Of a stretch of DNA of 64,000 nt, positions 35,796 through 44,272 are shown piece by piece. The stretch lies in IMG/VR virus record IMGVR_UViG_2513237329_000013, positions 63,252 to 127,251 of that record. One strand, given 5' to 3'. The stretch's first letter is position 1. Every line of letters starts with the position of its first letter. Both the position numbers and the translations under genes were made by a program. This DNA comes from a virus. Its lineage: Duplodnaviria; Caudoviricetes. The notes below the pieces were generated by a model. That model was not told where the DNA came from, made no database searches, and saw nothing but the letters and a program-made list of their open reading frames with translations.

Positions 35796-35834
35796 AAAGA
35801 AATTAGTTAAACAACTCAAAGGAGAATACAGTAT

Positions 35835-36355
35835 ATGAAGATGGACAAAGTTGCTGGCAGTGGGAATGACGAATTCTACACGCCAGAGTATGCAGTTACA
35901 CCTATTGCAAAGTATCTTGCACCCCCCCCGCCGTAATTTGGTGTCCGTTTGATACGGAAGACAGTTTGTTTGTGAAACATTTTAGAGCTGCTGGGTATAC
36001 AGTTTTGGCAACACATATTTGTAATGGTCAGGACTTTTTTACTATGGAGACTCCAAACTGCGACTACATTATTAGCAATCCGCCATATTCCCTTAAAGGT
36101 GATGTTATTGACCGCCTGTTTGAAATCGGCAAACCGTTTGCAATGCTTGTTGGCGTTGTTGGGTTATTTGAAAGCCAACATCGGTTTAATCTTTTTAGGT
36201 CGCATGAATTTGAAATTATGTATTTGAACAAGCGCGTCTCATACTTTAAGGATTATGCAGAGCAAAAACCGTCGCTTAATCCTCCGTTTAGTAGCGTCTA
36301 TATTTGTAGCAAAATGCTTCCAAGAACCATTGTATTTGAAGAAATCGACAAATAA
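35835..36355 (+). CDS. Adenine DNA methyltransferase, frameshifted at C8 (35922-35929)
   Basis: NDEFYTP, then after adding one C, IWCPFD...ISNPPYS. Confidence 0.8.
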
Positions 36356-36367
36356 TAGGAGTTTTCA

Positions 36368-37051
36368 ATGAAATATACTACTTCCCTTTTCTGCGAGTTC
36401 GATAAGTACGCAGCAGAAAGCTATTGTGCGGTTCATGACACATCTCCGGAGCTAAATATTGGTGATATTACAAAGGCAGATGAAAAGTCTGTACCTGATT
36501 TTAATACCATGTTTGGTGGATCTCCGTGCCAGGACTTCTCTATCGCAGGGAAACAGGGGGGGGCTGCATGGACATGTAAAAACTGCGGTCATACATATAA
36601 CCCCCTTGAAGCCCATTACACAGAGCGAGACAAATGCCCGAATTGTGGTTCGACTAAGATTGAGAAAACACGCTCGTCTCTTTTGGTTGAATGGCTGCGC
36701 TTCCTTCGGGAGAAAAAGCCTCGTTTTGCTATCTATGAAAATGTCAAGAACATTGTAGGCGCTCGTTTTAGACCGACATTCGATCTATTCGTTAAAGAGC
36801 TTGAGGACTATGGTTATAATGTTCACTGGCAGGTATTAAATGCGAAAAATTATGGTATTCCTCAGAATCGAGAGCGTGTCTATTGTGTCATCATTCGTAA
36901 AGACTTGGATAACGGAAGGTTCAAATTTCCAGAGCCTATTTCGCTTAAACATACGCTTGCCGATATGTTAGAAACCGACGTCGATGAAAAATACTATCTC
37001 AGTGATGAGAAAGTGGCTGCAATGATCACCCCCCCCGCAGCGAATCAGTAA
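36368..37051 (+). CDS. C5-cytosine methyltransferase catalytic fragment (motifs II-VIII) with Zn-ribbon insert
   Basis: CEFDKYA, GDIT, GGSPCQDFS, CKNC/CPNC insert, ENVKN, QNRERV; no motif I. Confidence 0.85.
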   Translation: MKYTTSLFCEFDKYAAESYCAVHDTSPELNIGDITKADEKSVPDFNTMFGGSPCQDFSIAGKQGGAAWTCKNCGHTYNPLEAHYTERDKCPNCGSTKIEKTRSSLLVEWLRFLREKKPRFAIYENVKNIVGARFRPTFDLFVKELEDYGYNVHWQVLNAKNYGIPQNRERVYCVIIRKDLDNGRFKFPEPISLKHTLADMLETDVDEKYYLSDEKVAAMITPPAANQ

Positions 37052-37107
37052 AACAATTCGAGTCGGAGGAAGAAACTCAGCAGACAGACAACACCAATGG
37101 GACTTGG

Positions 37108-37248
37108 TTGCAGAAAACGCACGGAGTTCGATTGAGTAACAAAGGCAATAAGTTTGATGGATATAGCGACATTGCCCTAACCCTTCTTGCGAGAGACTAT
37201 AAGGGTTGGGGCAATCAGCAAATGACAGGAGTAATGGAAATTGACTGA
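37108..37248 (+). CDS. Stand-alone MTase target-recognition-like mini-ORF
   Basis: 46 aa: IALTLLARDYKGWGNQQMTGVME. Confidence 0.5.
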   Translation: MQKTHGVRLSNKGNKFDGYSDIALTLLARDYKGWGNQQMTGVMEID

Positions 37249-37432
37249 TAAAATTATTCAAGTTGGGAACTTGACGCAAGGTGCAAAACGCGAGAACCCG
37301 CAAAGAGGTCGAGTATACGATCCGTCAGGAATTGCACCGTCCCTCACCTGTATGGGGGGGGGTAATCTTCAGCCGTTTATAATTGTTTGTAACGAGCATG
37401 TTGAATTAGAAAGTAGTGCTGATGAAAAGTAG
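37241..37432 (+). CDS. Stand-alone MTase target-recognition-like mini-ORF
   Basis: NPQRGRVYDPSGIAPSLTCMGGGNLQPFI; in-frame G9. Confidence 0.6.
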   Translation: MTDKIIQVGNLTQGAKRENPQRGRVYDPSGIAPSLTCMGGGNLQPFIIVCNEHVELESSADEK

Positions 37433-38516
37433 CGTTTTGATTCCCGCAGCAATTCGCGGTCGTTATTCTGACAATGGTAGTATTGTGCAACGATTAGAGC
37501 TTAGGCCAGATAAATGCACGAATACGCTTACCTCTGTACAGAAAGACAATATTATAGTGGAATGCTGCATTGATATCCGTTTCTCCACTGAACGGAGTGA
37601 AGATGTGAAAGATAATAATATGCCAATCAATGTTGGAAATGTTAATCCGTCTGGGCATGGAATGAACGGTACGGTTTACGACTCGGATGGTGTTTCTCCG
37701 ACATTAACGACGAATAAAGGCGAGGGCGTAAAAATCCGCATTAAATCACCTACGCCATTACACCAGACAATTATCTATGATGACTACAATAGGAGGATCA
37801 AGTCGGATCAGACTTGTATAGGAACAGTTATGCCAAATTTCAAGAATGACGCTCCTGGTAATGGGACTAAGCTGATTGAAGTAAGTCCTACACCAGAGGA
37901 TAAAATCACAATGCTTGGTGGCTTGCAAAAGCATCAGACTCCGAGAGACGATGGTATCTGTCCATGCGTAAATAGCGCTGCTGGTATGGGCGGTGGGCAA
38001 ACGCCCATTGCAATGCGCCAAGGTTTTCGGGTAAGAAAACTCACGCCGAAAGAGTGTTGGCGTTTGATGGGTTTTGACGATGAGGATTTTGAAAAAGCAC
38101 GCGATGCTATGAACGAGAATATTTATAATGGTAACGACCGTTCCAGTTCGCAGCTCTACAAGCAGGCCGGCAACAGTATTGTCGTAGATGTTCTTCAGCA
38201 TATCATGGAGAATCTATATGACGCTATGCCATATCTGTTTGACGATATGTCTGTTGGATCGTTCTTTAGTGGTATTGGTGCTTTTGAAAAGGCACTTACC
38301 CGTTTAGAGAATCACCATAGCGAATCTGACGGCGATGCTGTATCCGCAGAGCTGATGCAGATTGGTTATATCAACGATTACAATGGTGATGCAAACCGCA
38401 TCTATGATGGAAACGCTGTTGCCCGCGCTTTGAAAGCGGAAGCTGGTGGGGGGGTGCGAAGACCGGATGGTACAGCGTCAATGCTCATTCAGCGTAATTG
38501 GAAGAGTGTTACCTGA
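37422..38516 (+). CDS. C5-MTase second fragment: multiple TRDs + motifs IX, X, then I
   Basis: TNTLTSVQKDN, VSPTLTT, RKLTPKECWRLMGF, YKQAGNSIVV, SFFSGIGAFE. Confidence 0.8.
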   Translation: MKSSVLIPAAIRGRYSDNGSIVQRLELRPDKCTNTLTSVQKDNIIVECCIDIRFSTERSEDVKDNNMPINVGNVNPSGHGMNGTVYDSDGVSPTLTTNKGEGVKIRIKSPTPLHQTIIYDDYNRRIKSDQTCIGTVMPNFKNDAPGNGTKLIEVSPTPEDKITMLGGLQKHQTPRDDGICPCVNSAAGMGGGQTPIAMRQGFRVRKLTPKECWRLMGFDDEDFEKARDAMNENIYNGNDRSSSQLYKQAGNSIVVDVLQHIMENLYDAMPYLFDDMSVGSFFSGIGAFEKALTRLENHHSESDGDAVSAELMQIGYINDYNGDANRIYDGNAVARALKAEAGGGVRRPDGTASMLIQRNWKSVT

Positions 38517-38634
38517 CAGTGGAAAACTACACCAAAACCAAGAGGTTTATGATACAAGCTGCGATAGCGGCGGTGGGATATCCCCTACTATCAAAGCGTC
38601 ACATTATAAAGATCCGCCAAAAATAAGGGTGTAA
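38467..38634 (+). CDS. MTase target-recognition-like module (free, or fused via the G7 tract)
   Basis: HQNQEVYD...GISPTIKASHYKDPPKI. Confidence 0.5.
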   Translation: MVQRQCSFSVIGRVLPDSGKLHQNQEVYDTSCDSGGGISPTIKASHYKDPPKIRV

Positions 38635-38637
38635 ACA

Positions 38638-38841
38638 ATGGAAAAGGTAAAAATTAGACAGGCCACAAAACAGGGTTTTATTGAGTGCGTCGTGGGGGGG
38701 GCTGTCGATCTCTCCTATCCCAACTCAAAAACAAGGCGTGGTCGAGTGCAAGAGAGCGGAACGATTTGCCCAACAATTACAGCACAGAATACTGGAATCT
38801 GCCTTATTGAAAAAGCAGATTATTCCCGCAAATCCACTTGA
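38638..38841 (+). CDS. Stand-alone MTase target-recognition-like mini-ORF
   Basis: IRQATKQGFIE...DLSYPNSKTRRGRVQ...CPTIT; in-frame G8. Confidence 0.65.
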   Translation: MEKVKIRQATKQGFIECVVGGAVDLSYPNSKTRRGRVQESGTICPTITAQNTGICLIEKADYSRKST

Positions 38842-38887
38842 CAGATAGCGTCAAGCGTGTTATTATATAGAGGAAATAGCTAAACAA
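38838..38887 (+). promoter_or_regulatory. SigA promoter of the replication operon with downstream operator
   Basis: TTGACA-17-TATTAT, then AAATAGCTAAACAA. Confidence 0.75.
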
Positions 38888-38964
38888 TATCGGAATGGCA
38901 TGTAGCCATCCGTTTGGTTCTTTCAAAGGAATTAGCAAAATAATTTATTAAAGGAGTTCAGTTT

Positions 38965-39426
38965 ATGGAAAAGCGAATGGTTTCTTATCCGTATCCGAAT
39001 CAGAACATTGTTAGCAGCATTTTGGATGATGTGTTGCGTTCTGTCAGCGCCGCGAGCATTCCAGTAAATCGTCCTACTGCTATGACGGCGGTTCACCAGC
39101 CGGCGCAGGTCATCTTTAATCCTCCTGCCACGATTGTGTATTGGAGAGATGGTACTAAGACGGTCGTGCGCTGCGACAACGATGAGTTCTCTGAGGAATT
39201 CGGTTTTGCGATGGCTTGTATGCGCAAGATTTTCGGTACTCGAAATGCGTTTAAGGCGCAGTTCAAGAACGCATACCGTCCTTATCTGAAGAAGAAAAAG
39301 GAAAAGCATACTGATAGCTGTGAGGTCAAGCACCCCGATGCTCCTATCTCTTTGGATAAGATGCTGCGTGATTTTGCTGGAGATGACAGCGTTGGTGTCG
39401 CTATTGGATTTAAGCCCAAGGAGTAA
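38965..39426 (+). CDS. Conserved phage protein
   Basis: VIFNPPATIVYWRDGTKTVVRC motif. Confidence 0.8.
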   Translation: MEKRMVSYPYPNQNIVSSILDDVLRSVSAASIPVNRPTAMTAVHQPAQVIFNPPATIVYWRDGTKTVVRCDNDEFSEEFGFAMACMRKIFGTRNAFKAQFKNAYRPYLKKKKEKHTDSCEVKHPDAPISLDKMLRDFAGDDSVGVAIGFKPKE

Positions 39427-39682
39427 TCCTTATTTCGTATGTGTGGAGTGCGGCTGTGTGTTTCAAGAGCCAAAGCATTATATCGAAACGCATGGTCTCG
39501 ACACTCCACCATATGAGCATTTTACTGTTTGTCCTCATTGCGGCGGGGCGTTTGTGGAAGCACATCGTTGTGATTGTTGCGGTGAATTTATTACCGCCGA
39601 TTATGTTGTGGTTCAGGACGGAAAACGCTATTGCGAAGAGTGCTATTCTGTTCGGAATATTGAGGACGATTTAGCTGCATAA
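39404..39682 (+). CDS. Zn-finger protein
   Basis: CVEC, CPHC, CDCC, CEEC; start uncertain. Confidence 0.65.
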   Translation: MDLSPRSNPYFVCVECGCVFQEPKHYIETHGLDTPPYEHFTVCPHCGGAFVEAHRCDCCGEFITADYVVVQDGKRYCEECYSVRNIEDDLAA

Positions 39683-39696
39683 ACGGAGGTTTTAAT

Positions 39697-40296
39697 TTGA
39701 TTAGCGATAAGTTGGGACAATCATTGAAAGATGAATTTCTTTCGATTTGTAAGAAAGATATTTGTCGAGACGGAATCGAAGAACTGTTAGGATGGGTAGA
39801 AGAAAGTGATTTCTTTTATGCTCCAGCAAGTACAAGATTCCACGGCAATTACAAATATGGTCTGTTAGAGCATTCTTTGAATGTTTACAAAGCCTTAAAG
39901 AAACTTGTTAAGCAACACGAAGAGGTTGAAGTATCCGATGAGACGCTTGCAATTTCTGCACTATTTCACGATATTTGCAAGGCAAACCTATATGTTGTAG
40001 GGAGTAGAAATGTCAAGGATGAGCAGACAGGTCAATGGCATAAGGAAGCAATTTATAAGCATGATGACCAGTTCCCCGTTGGTCATGGCGAAAAGTCCGT
40101 GATCATTCTGCTTCGGCATATGGCTCTCACAGACGATGAAATTTATGCGATTCGCTTTCATATGGGCGGATTTGATTCCGCCGTCAAAGGCGGAGATGGG
40201 AGTATCAGCAAAGCTTACGAACTTTGCCCGCTTGCGGTGTTACTCCATCTTGCAGATATGACCGCAAGTTATCTTATGGAGGATCATAATGCCTGA
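39697..40296 (+). CDS. HD-domain phosphohydrolase
   Basis: APASTRFH...GLLEHSL, LFHDICK, GHGEKS, HLAD. Confidence 0.9.
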   Translation: MISDKLGQSLKDEFLSICKKDICRDGIEELLGWVEESDFFYAPASTRFHGNYKYGLLEHSLNVYKALKKLVKQHEEVEVSDETLAISALFHDICKANLYVVGSRNVKDEQTGQWHKEAIYKHDDQFPVGHGEKSVIILLRHMALTDDEIYAIRFHMGGFDSAVKGGDGSISKAYELCPLAVLLHLADMTASYLMEDHNA

Positions 40297-41053
40297 TGAA
40301 GCAAATTTGAATCTGGTACAGAAACTTGCCAAGATCCGAGAAATGGTGGAGGTTCTTCGCAAGAACAAATCCGGATTTAACTACAAGTATGTTACGGAAG
40401 ATGAGATTCTGGCGCGTGTAGCTGCTGGCATGAAGAAATACGGTGTGTCGTTGCAGCCGAGTATTGTTCCTGGCACACTTTCTGTAACGCCTGTCAGTTA
40501 CACAAAAACAAAGAATACAAAGTCTGGCGATCAGCTCAAAGAGGAAATCAACGAAACGCTTGTTCATGCAGAACTTACTTTTACTTGGGTAAACTGCGAT
40601 GATGTAAATGATACTCTCGTTGTTCCGTGGGCATTGGTTGGACAGCAGGGCGACGCAAGCCAAGCTTTTGGTAGCGGCCTGACATATGCAAACCGTTATT
40701 TTATGCTGAAATTCTTCCAAATCGCAACACCGGACGATGATCCGGATAATTGGCGGAGCAAGAAGGAAGAGGCGGAACAGGAAGCTGAAATGGCTATTGT
40801 TCGTCCAATCATCACAAATATTGACGATCATGTCAAAGCATATCTGAATGCAAATGAAAATGAAGCCGGTGCGAGAAAGGCGCTTATTGAGGTTGTTAAA
40901 AAGTATGTCAAAGATGGCAATAAGCCAACTGCCGATTATATGAATTACCTCACAGATCCTACGGTCGCAGGAGAGCTTCTTGAAGAGCTTCAAAAGCAAT
41001 TTCCGGTTGGAACAAAGAAAAAGTCAGTAGCAAAGAAAGAAGGTAATGCGTAA
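40289..41053 (+). CDS. ERF-family ssDNA-annealing protein
   Basis: YKYV...QAFGSGLTYANRYF...DDDPD. Confidence 0.85.
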   Translation: MPDEANLNLVQKLAKIREMVEVLRKNKSGFNYKYVTEDEILARVAAGMKKYGVSLQPSIVPGTLSVTPVSYTKTKNTKSGDQLKEEINETLVHAELTFTWVNCDDVNDTLVVPWALVGQQGDASQAFGSGLTYANRYFMLKFFQIATPDDDPDNWRSKKEEAEQEAEMAIVRPIITNIDDHVKAYLNANENEAGARKALIEVVKKYVKDGNKPTADYMNYLTDPTVAGELLEELQKQFPVGTKKKSVAKKEGNA

Positions 41054-41487
41054 TGGGATTTCGTGAAGGTGCATTTGCTACGGTTTGGGAGATCACAAAT
41101 CAAGGAGATAGCTTCTCTAAGGTAAGAGTGTCCACAAGCCGTAAAGATAAGAAGACAGATGAATATGTAACCGACTTTAACGGATTCGTCAGTCTGATTG
41201 GCGAGGCGAACAAAAAGTTAGGTCTCATTGAGCGTTCTTTGGATGAAGATGGTCGGTGCAGAATCAAGCTTGGTGCTTGTGACGTCTCTAATCGCTACGA
41301 TAAGGATGCAGGCCGCGAGTTTGTAAACTATACGCTGTTCGATTTCGAGATGCCTGATGGAAGCGGATCTGATGCCGCAGAATCTCCTAAGGAAAAGAAA
41401 ACTCCAAAGGGCGGGAAAAAGCAGAAAGCAAAGCCGTCTGCTCTGACCGAAGAAGAGTCTGATGAAGACGAAGAACTCCCGTTTTAA
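41053..41487 (+). CDS. ssb: Single-stranded DNA-binding protein
   Basis: Acidic tail EEESDEDEELPF; position in the recombination module. Confidence 0.75.
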   Translation: MGFREGAFATVWEITNQGDSFSKVRVSTSRKDKKTDEYVTDFNGFVSLIGEANKKLGLIERSLDEDGRCRIKLGACDVSNRYDKDAGREFVNYTLFDFEMPDGSGSDAAESPKEKKTPKGGKKQKAKPSALTEEESDEDEELPF

Positions 41488-41515
41488 GTCGATTCGATAA
41501 ATGCGGTGATGCACT

Positions 41516-42298
41516 ATTCGATACGATTTAATCATCGAAGATATGACTTGGAGCTATTCAAGAGTAGCATCATTTGATGATTGCCCGTATAAGTGGTTTC
41601 TTTCCTATTTATATCGGGATGAAAATGGACGTTCTCTGAAAAAGAAAAGTGGCTTTTTTGCAGAATTTGGAAGCTACATGCACAAGATTTTGCAGATGTA
41701 CTTGAGTGGGCTACTGGAAAAGGAGCGCTTGTCTACCTACTATGTAGCCCATTTCAAGGAGAATGTTTTTTCAAAAGCCCCAAACTCCAAGATCTATATG
41801 AACTATTTTCAGCAAGGCTTTCATTATCTTGATGACTTTTCATTTCCGTCGAGAACTATTATTGGCGTAGAAGAAAAGGTTGATTTTATGTTTGCTGGCA
41901 GAAAATTTACCGGATTCGTTGATCTCATTAGCAAAAACGGGAAGTTGATCGTAACAGACCATAAATCAAGAACTTTGAAGCCTCGCTCAAAGCGTTCAAA
42001 GCCAACGAAGCATGATGCGGAATTAGACGAATATCTACGCCAGCTATATGTCTATTCCGCAGCAGTCAAAGGAAAATATGGTCGCTACCCAGATATATTA
42101 GAGTTTAATTGTTTCCGCTCTCAAGTCATGATTCAAGAACCATTCGAGTTAAAAAGGCTTTATACGGTTGAGAATTGGGCGAGTAAAACAATAGATTCTA
42201 TTGCCACCAACGATAAGTGGAACGCAAAACCAGATTATTGGAGGTGTAATTATCTATGCGACGTTTGTGACCATTGCGAATATAAAGGATTGATTTGA
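41516..42298 (+). CDS. PD-(D/E)XK RecB/Cas4-like exonuclease
   Basis: WSYSR...CP, GFVD, DHKS, QLYVY, C-terminal CxxxCxxxxxC; probable ATT start. Confidence 0.85.
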   Translation: MRYDLIIEDMTWSYSRVASFDDCPYKWFLSYLYRDENGRSLKKKSGFFAEFGSYMHKILQMYLSGLLEKERLSTYYVAHFKENVFSKAPNSKIYMNYFQQGFHYLDDFSFPSRTIIGVEEKVDFMFAGRKFTGFVDLISKNGKLIVTDHKSRTLKPRSKRSKPTKHDAELDEYLRQLYVYSAAVKGKYGRYPDILEFNCFRSQVMIQEPFELKRLYTVENWASKTIDSIATNDKWNAKPDYWRCNYLCDVCDHCEYKGLI

Positions 42299-42313
42299 TA
42301 GGGGTGATTCACG

Positions 42314-44260
42314 CTGCAAATTGATCGTGATGTAATTCTTGAAGCGAAAGAAAAACTTGGTGATGAAAACGCCAGAATTATCGCTCAGGAATTGGATATT
42401 CAAGATTTCGATGAGCAGAATTTACGGTGCTGCTGCCCATTTCACCAAGAGGATCACGCATCGTTCATATACAACCGAAAAACCTTCTCATTTCATTGCT
42501 TTGGTGCGTGTGCAAGAAATTATGATATTCTTGATGTGTTTATTTACAAGGGTATGACTTATCTTCAGGCTTGCCAAAAGCTGTTTGAACTGGCTGGCAT
42601 CAGATATAGCTTTGGTGAGCTTGGAGTTCACACCAAGCACCAATATAAGTATCCGAAAGAAGTGCCGATTGGAGATAAATCGAAAATCTACGGATATTTC
42701 AAAAAGCGCTGCATTAGTCCAAGCACACTGGACTATGCAGATGTGCGACAGGATGAAGAAGGAAATATTGTTTGGAACTATTACGACACCAACGATGTCC
42801 TGACAATGGTTAAGTATCGCCCATCTCGCAAGGTGCGTAAAGGCGAAAACAAATGTTGGTGTCAAAAAGGCGCTGATACATGCAATCTACTGTTCAATAT
42901 GAACCGTGTAAATGTCAATTCTCCGTTGCTGATCTGCGAAGGAGAACCTGATTGCCTGTCTGCTATTGAGGCTGGGTTTAGCAATGCCGTTTCTGTCCCG
43001 CTTGGAAGCACAAACTTTCACTGGATTGAAGAGAATTGGGATTGGCTGGAACAATTTGATAATATCATTATCTGTTCCGACAATGATGAGGCTGGCTATA
43101 AGATGCAGAAAGAGGTTGTGTATCGGCTTGGGAGCTGGAGAACACGGGTTGTTGAAGTACCGCAGATTTTTGAAACCGATGACGGTCGAAAATTTCCCGT
43201 AAACGATCTGAACGAAGCTCTTTATTATTTTGGTAAAGAGCGAGTGCTTGATTTAATCTTAAATGCTAAGGATAGCCCTGTCCCTGGTGTAATTGATTTC
43301 TCTGATATTCAGGATATTGATATCGACCAGATTGACGGTATCCGTACAGGAATTAAGACGCTTGATCGGTATTTGATGAAGATTTTCCTTGGTACATTGA
43401 ATATCATCACTGGTATTAACGGTGCTGGTAAAAGCTCGTTTATCAATCAGCTCATTATTCAGTCGTTAGAGGAAGAGAAAAATGTCTTTTTGTTCTCTGG
43501 TGAGCTTCCTAACTTTCAAACTAAGAATTGGCTTAATTCTGTGATTGCAGGTCAACGATATATCGACGAAAAGCATTCCGGAGAAGCCGTTTATTATAAG
43601 GTTCAGCCAGAAGCAAAGCGCTCCATTGATAATTTTTATCGTGGCCGGCTGCATATCTACGAAGATGGGCAGCCAAATACAAAAACTGCATTGATGACAA
43701 CGATTGAAGATGCAGTTCGCAAGTATGGTGTAAAGCTTGTAATTCTGGATAACCTAACCGCAATCAATTTGGAATGTAGCGATGATAACAAATATAACAA
43801 ACAAAGTGAATTTGTTATGGAGCTTATTGCGTTTGCAAAGAAGTTCAATGTTGCTATTGTGCTGGTTGTTCATCCTCATAAGATTGATACCATGCGCCGC
43901 CTTACAAAGATGGATGTCCAAGGTATTTCCGCAATCATTGATCTTGCTCATCGAATCATTAGCCTGTACCGCGTACAGGAAAAGGACAAAAAGGGTGAGC
44001 CAAAGTTAAATGGTAGTGGTTGGAAAGTGCCGCCGATTAAAGATGATGTCCTTATTGACATTCTTAAAGATCGAATGCTTGGTTACGAAGGTCGTAGTAT
44101 TGGTGTGTATTATGATACGCCATCCAGACGATTTTTCCTAAATGAAGAAGATCTTGATAGAAAGTATTCGTGGGACACAAAAACGCACATAGGATCTTTG
44201 CCATATCCTCCGCCTCAAATGATTGATGAGGAAGAAGAGGTGTTTGGTTCAGTTAGTTAG
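42314..44260 (+). CDS. Primase-helicase (Zn finger, TOPRIM, DnaB/T7 gp4-like)
   Basis: CCPFH, CEGEPD, DNDEAG, GINGAGKS, ILDNL, VVHPHK; probable CTG start. Confidence 0.9.
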   Translation: MQIDRDVILEAKEKLGDENARIIAQELDIQDFDEQNLRCCCPFHQEDHASFIYNRKTFSFHCFGACARNYDILDVFIYKGMTYLQACQKLFELAGIRYSFGELGVHTKHQYKYPKEVPIGDKSKIYGYFKKRCISPSTLDYADVRQDEEGNIVWNYYDTNDVLTMVKYRPSRKVRKGENKCWCQKGADTCNLLFNMNRVNVNSPLLICEGEPDCLSAIEAGFSNAVSVPLGSTNFHWIEENWDWLEQFDNIIICSDNDEAGYKMQKEVVYRLGSWRTRVVEVPQIFETDDGRKFPVNDLNEALYYFGKERVLDLILNAKDSPVPGVIDFSDIQDIDIDQIDGIRTGIKTLDRYLMKIFLGTLNIITGINGAGKSSFINQLIIQSLEEEKNVFLFSGELPNFQTKNWLNSVIAGQRYIDEKHSGEAVYYKVQPEAKRSIDNFYRGRLHIYEDGQPNTKTALMTTIEDAVRKYGVKLVILDNLTAINLECSDDNKYNKQSEFVMELIAFAKKFNVAIVLVVHPHKIDTMRRLTKMDVQGISAIIDLAHRIISLYRVQEKDKKGEPKLNGSGWKVPPIKDDVLIDILKDRMLGYEGRSIGVYYDTPSRRFFLNEEDLDRKYSWDTKTHIGSLPYPPPQMIDEEEEVFGSVS

Positions 44261-44272
44261 GAGGTGTGAGCG

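Noticed and set aside
41516-42298. Cas4 as evidence of a CRISPR system
   Set aside because: It sits in an ERF-SSB recombination module, typical of a phage exonuclease.
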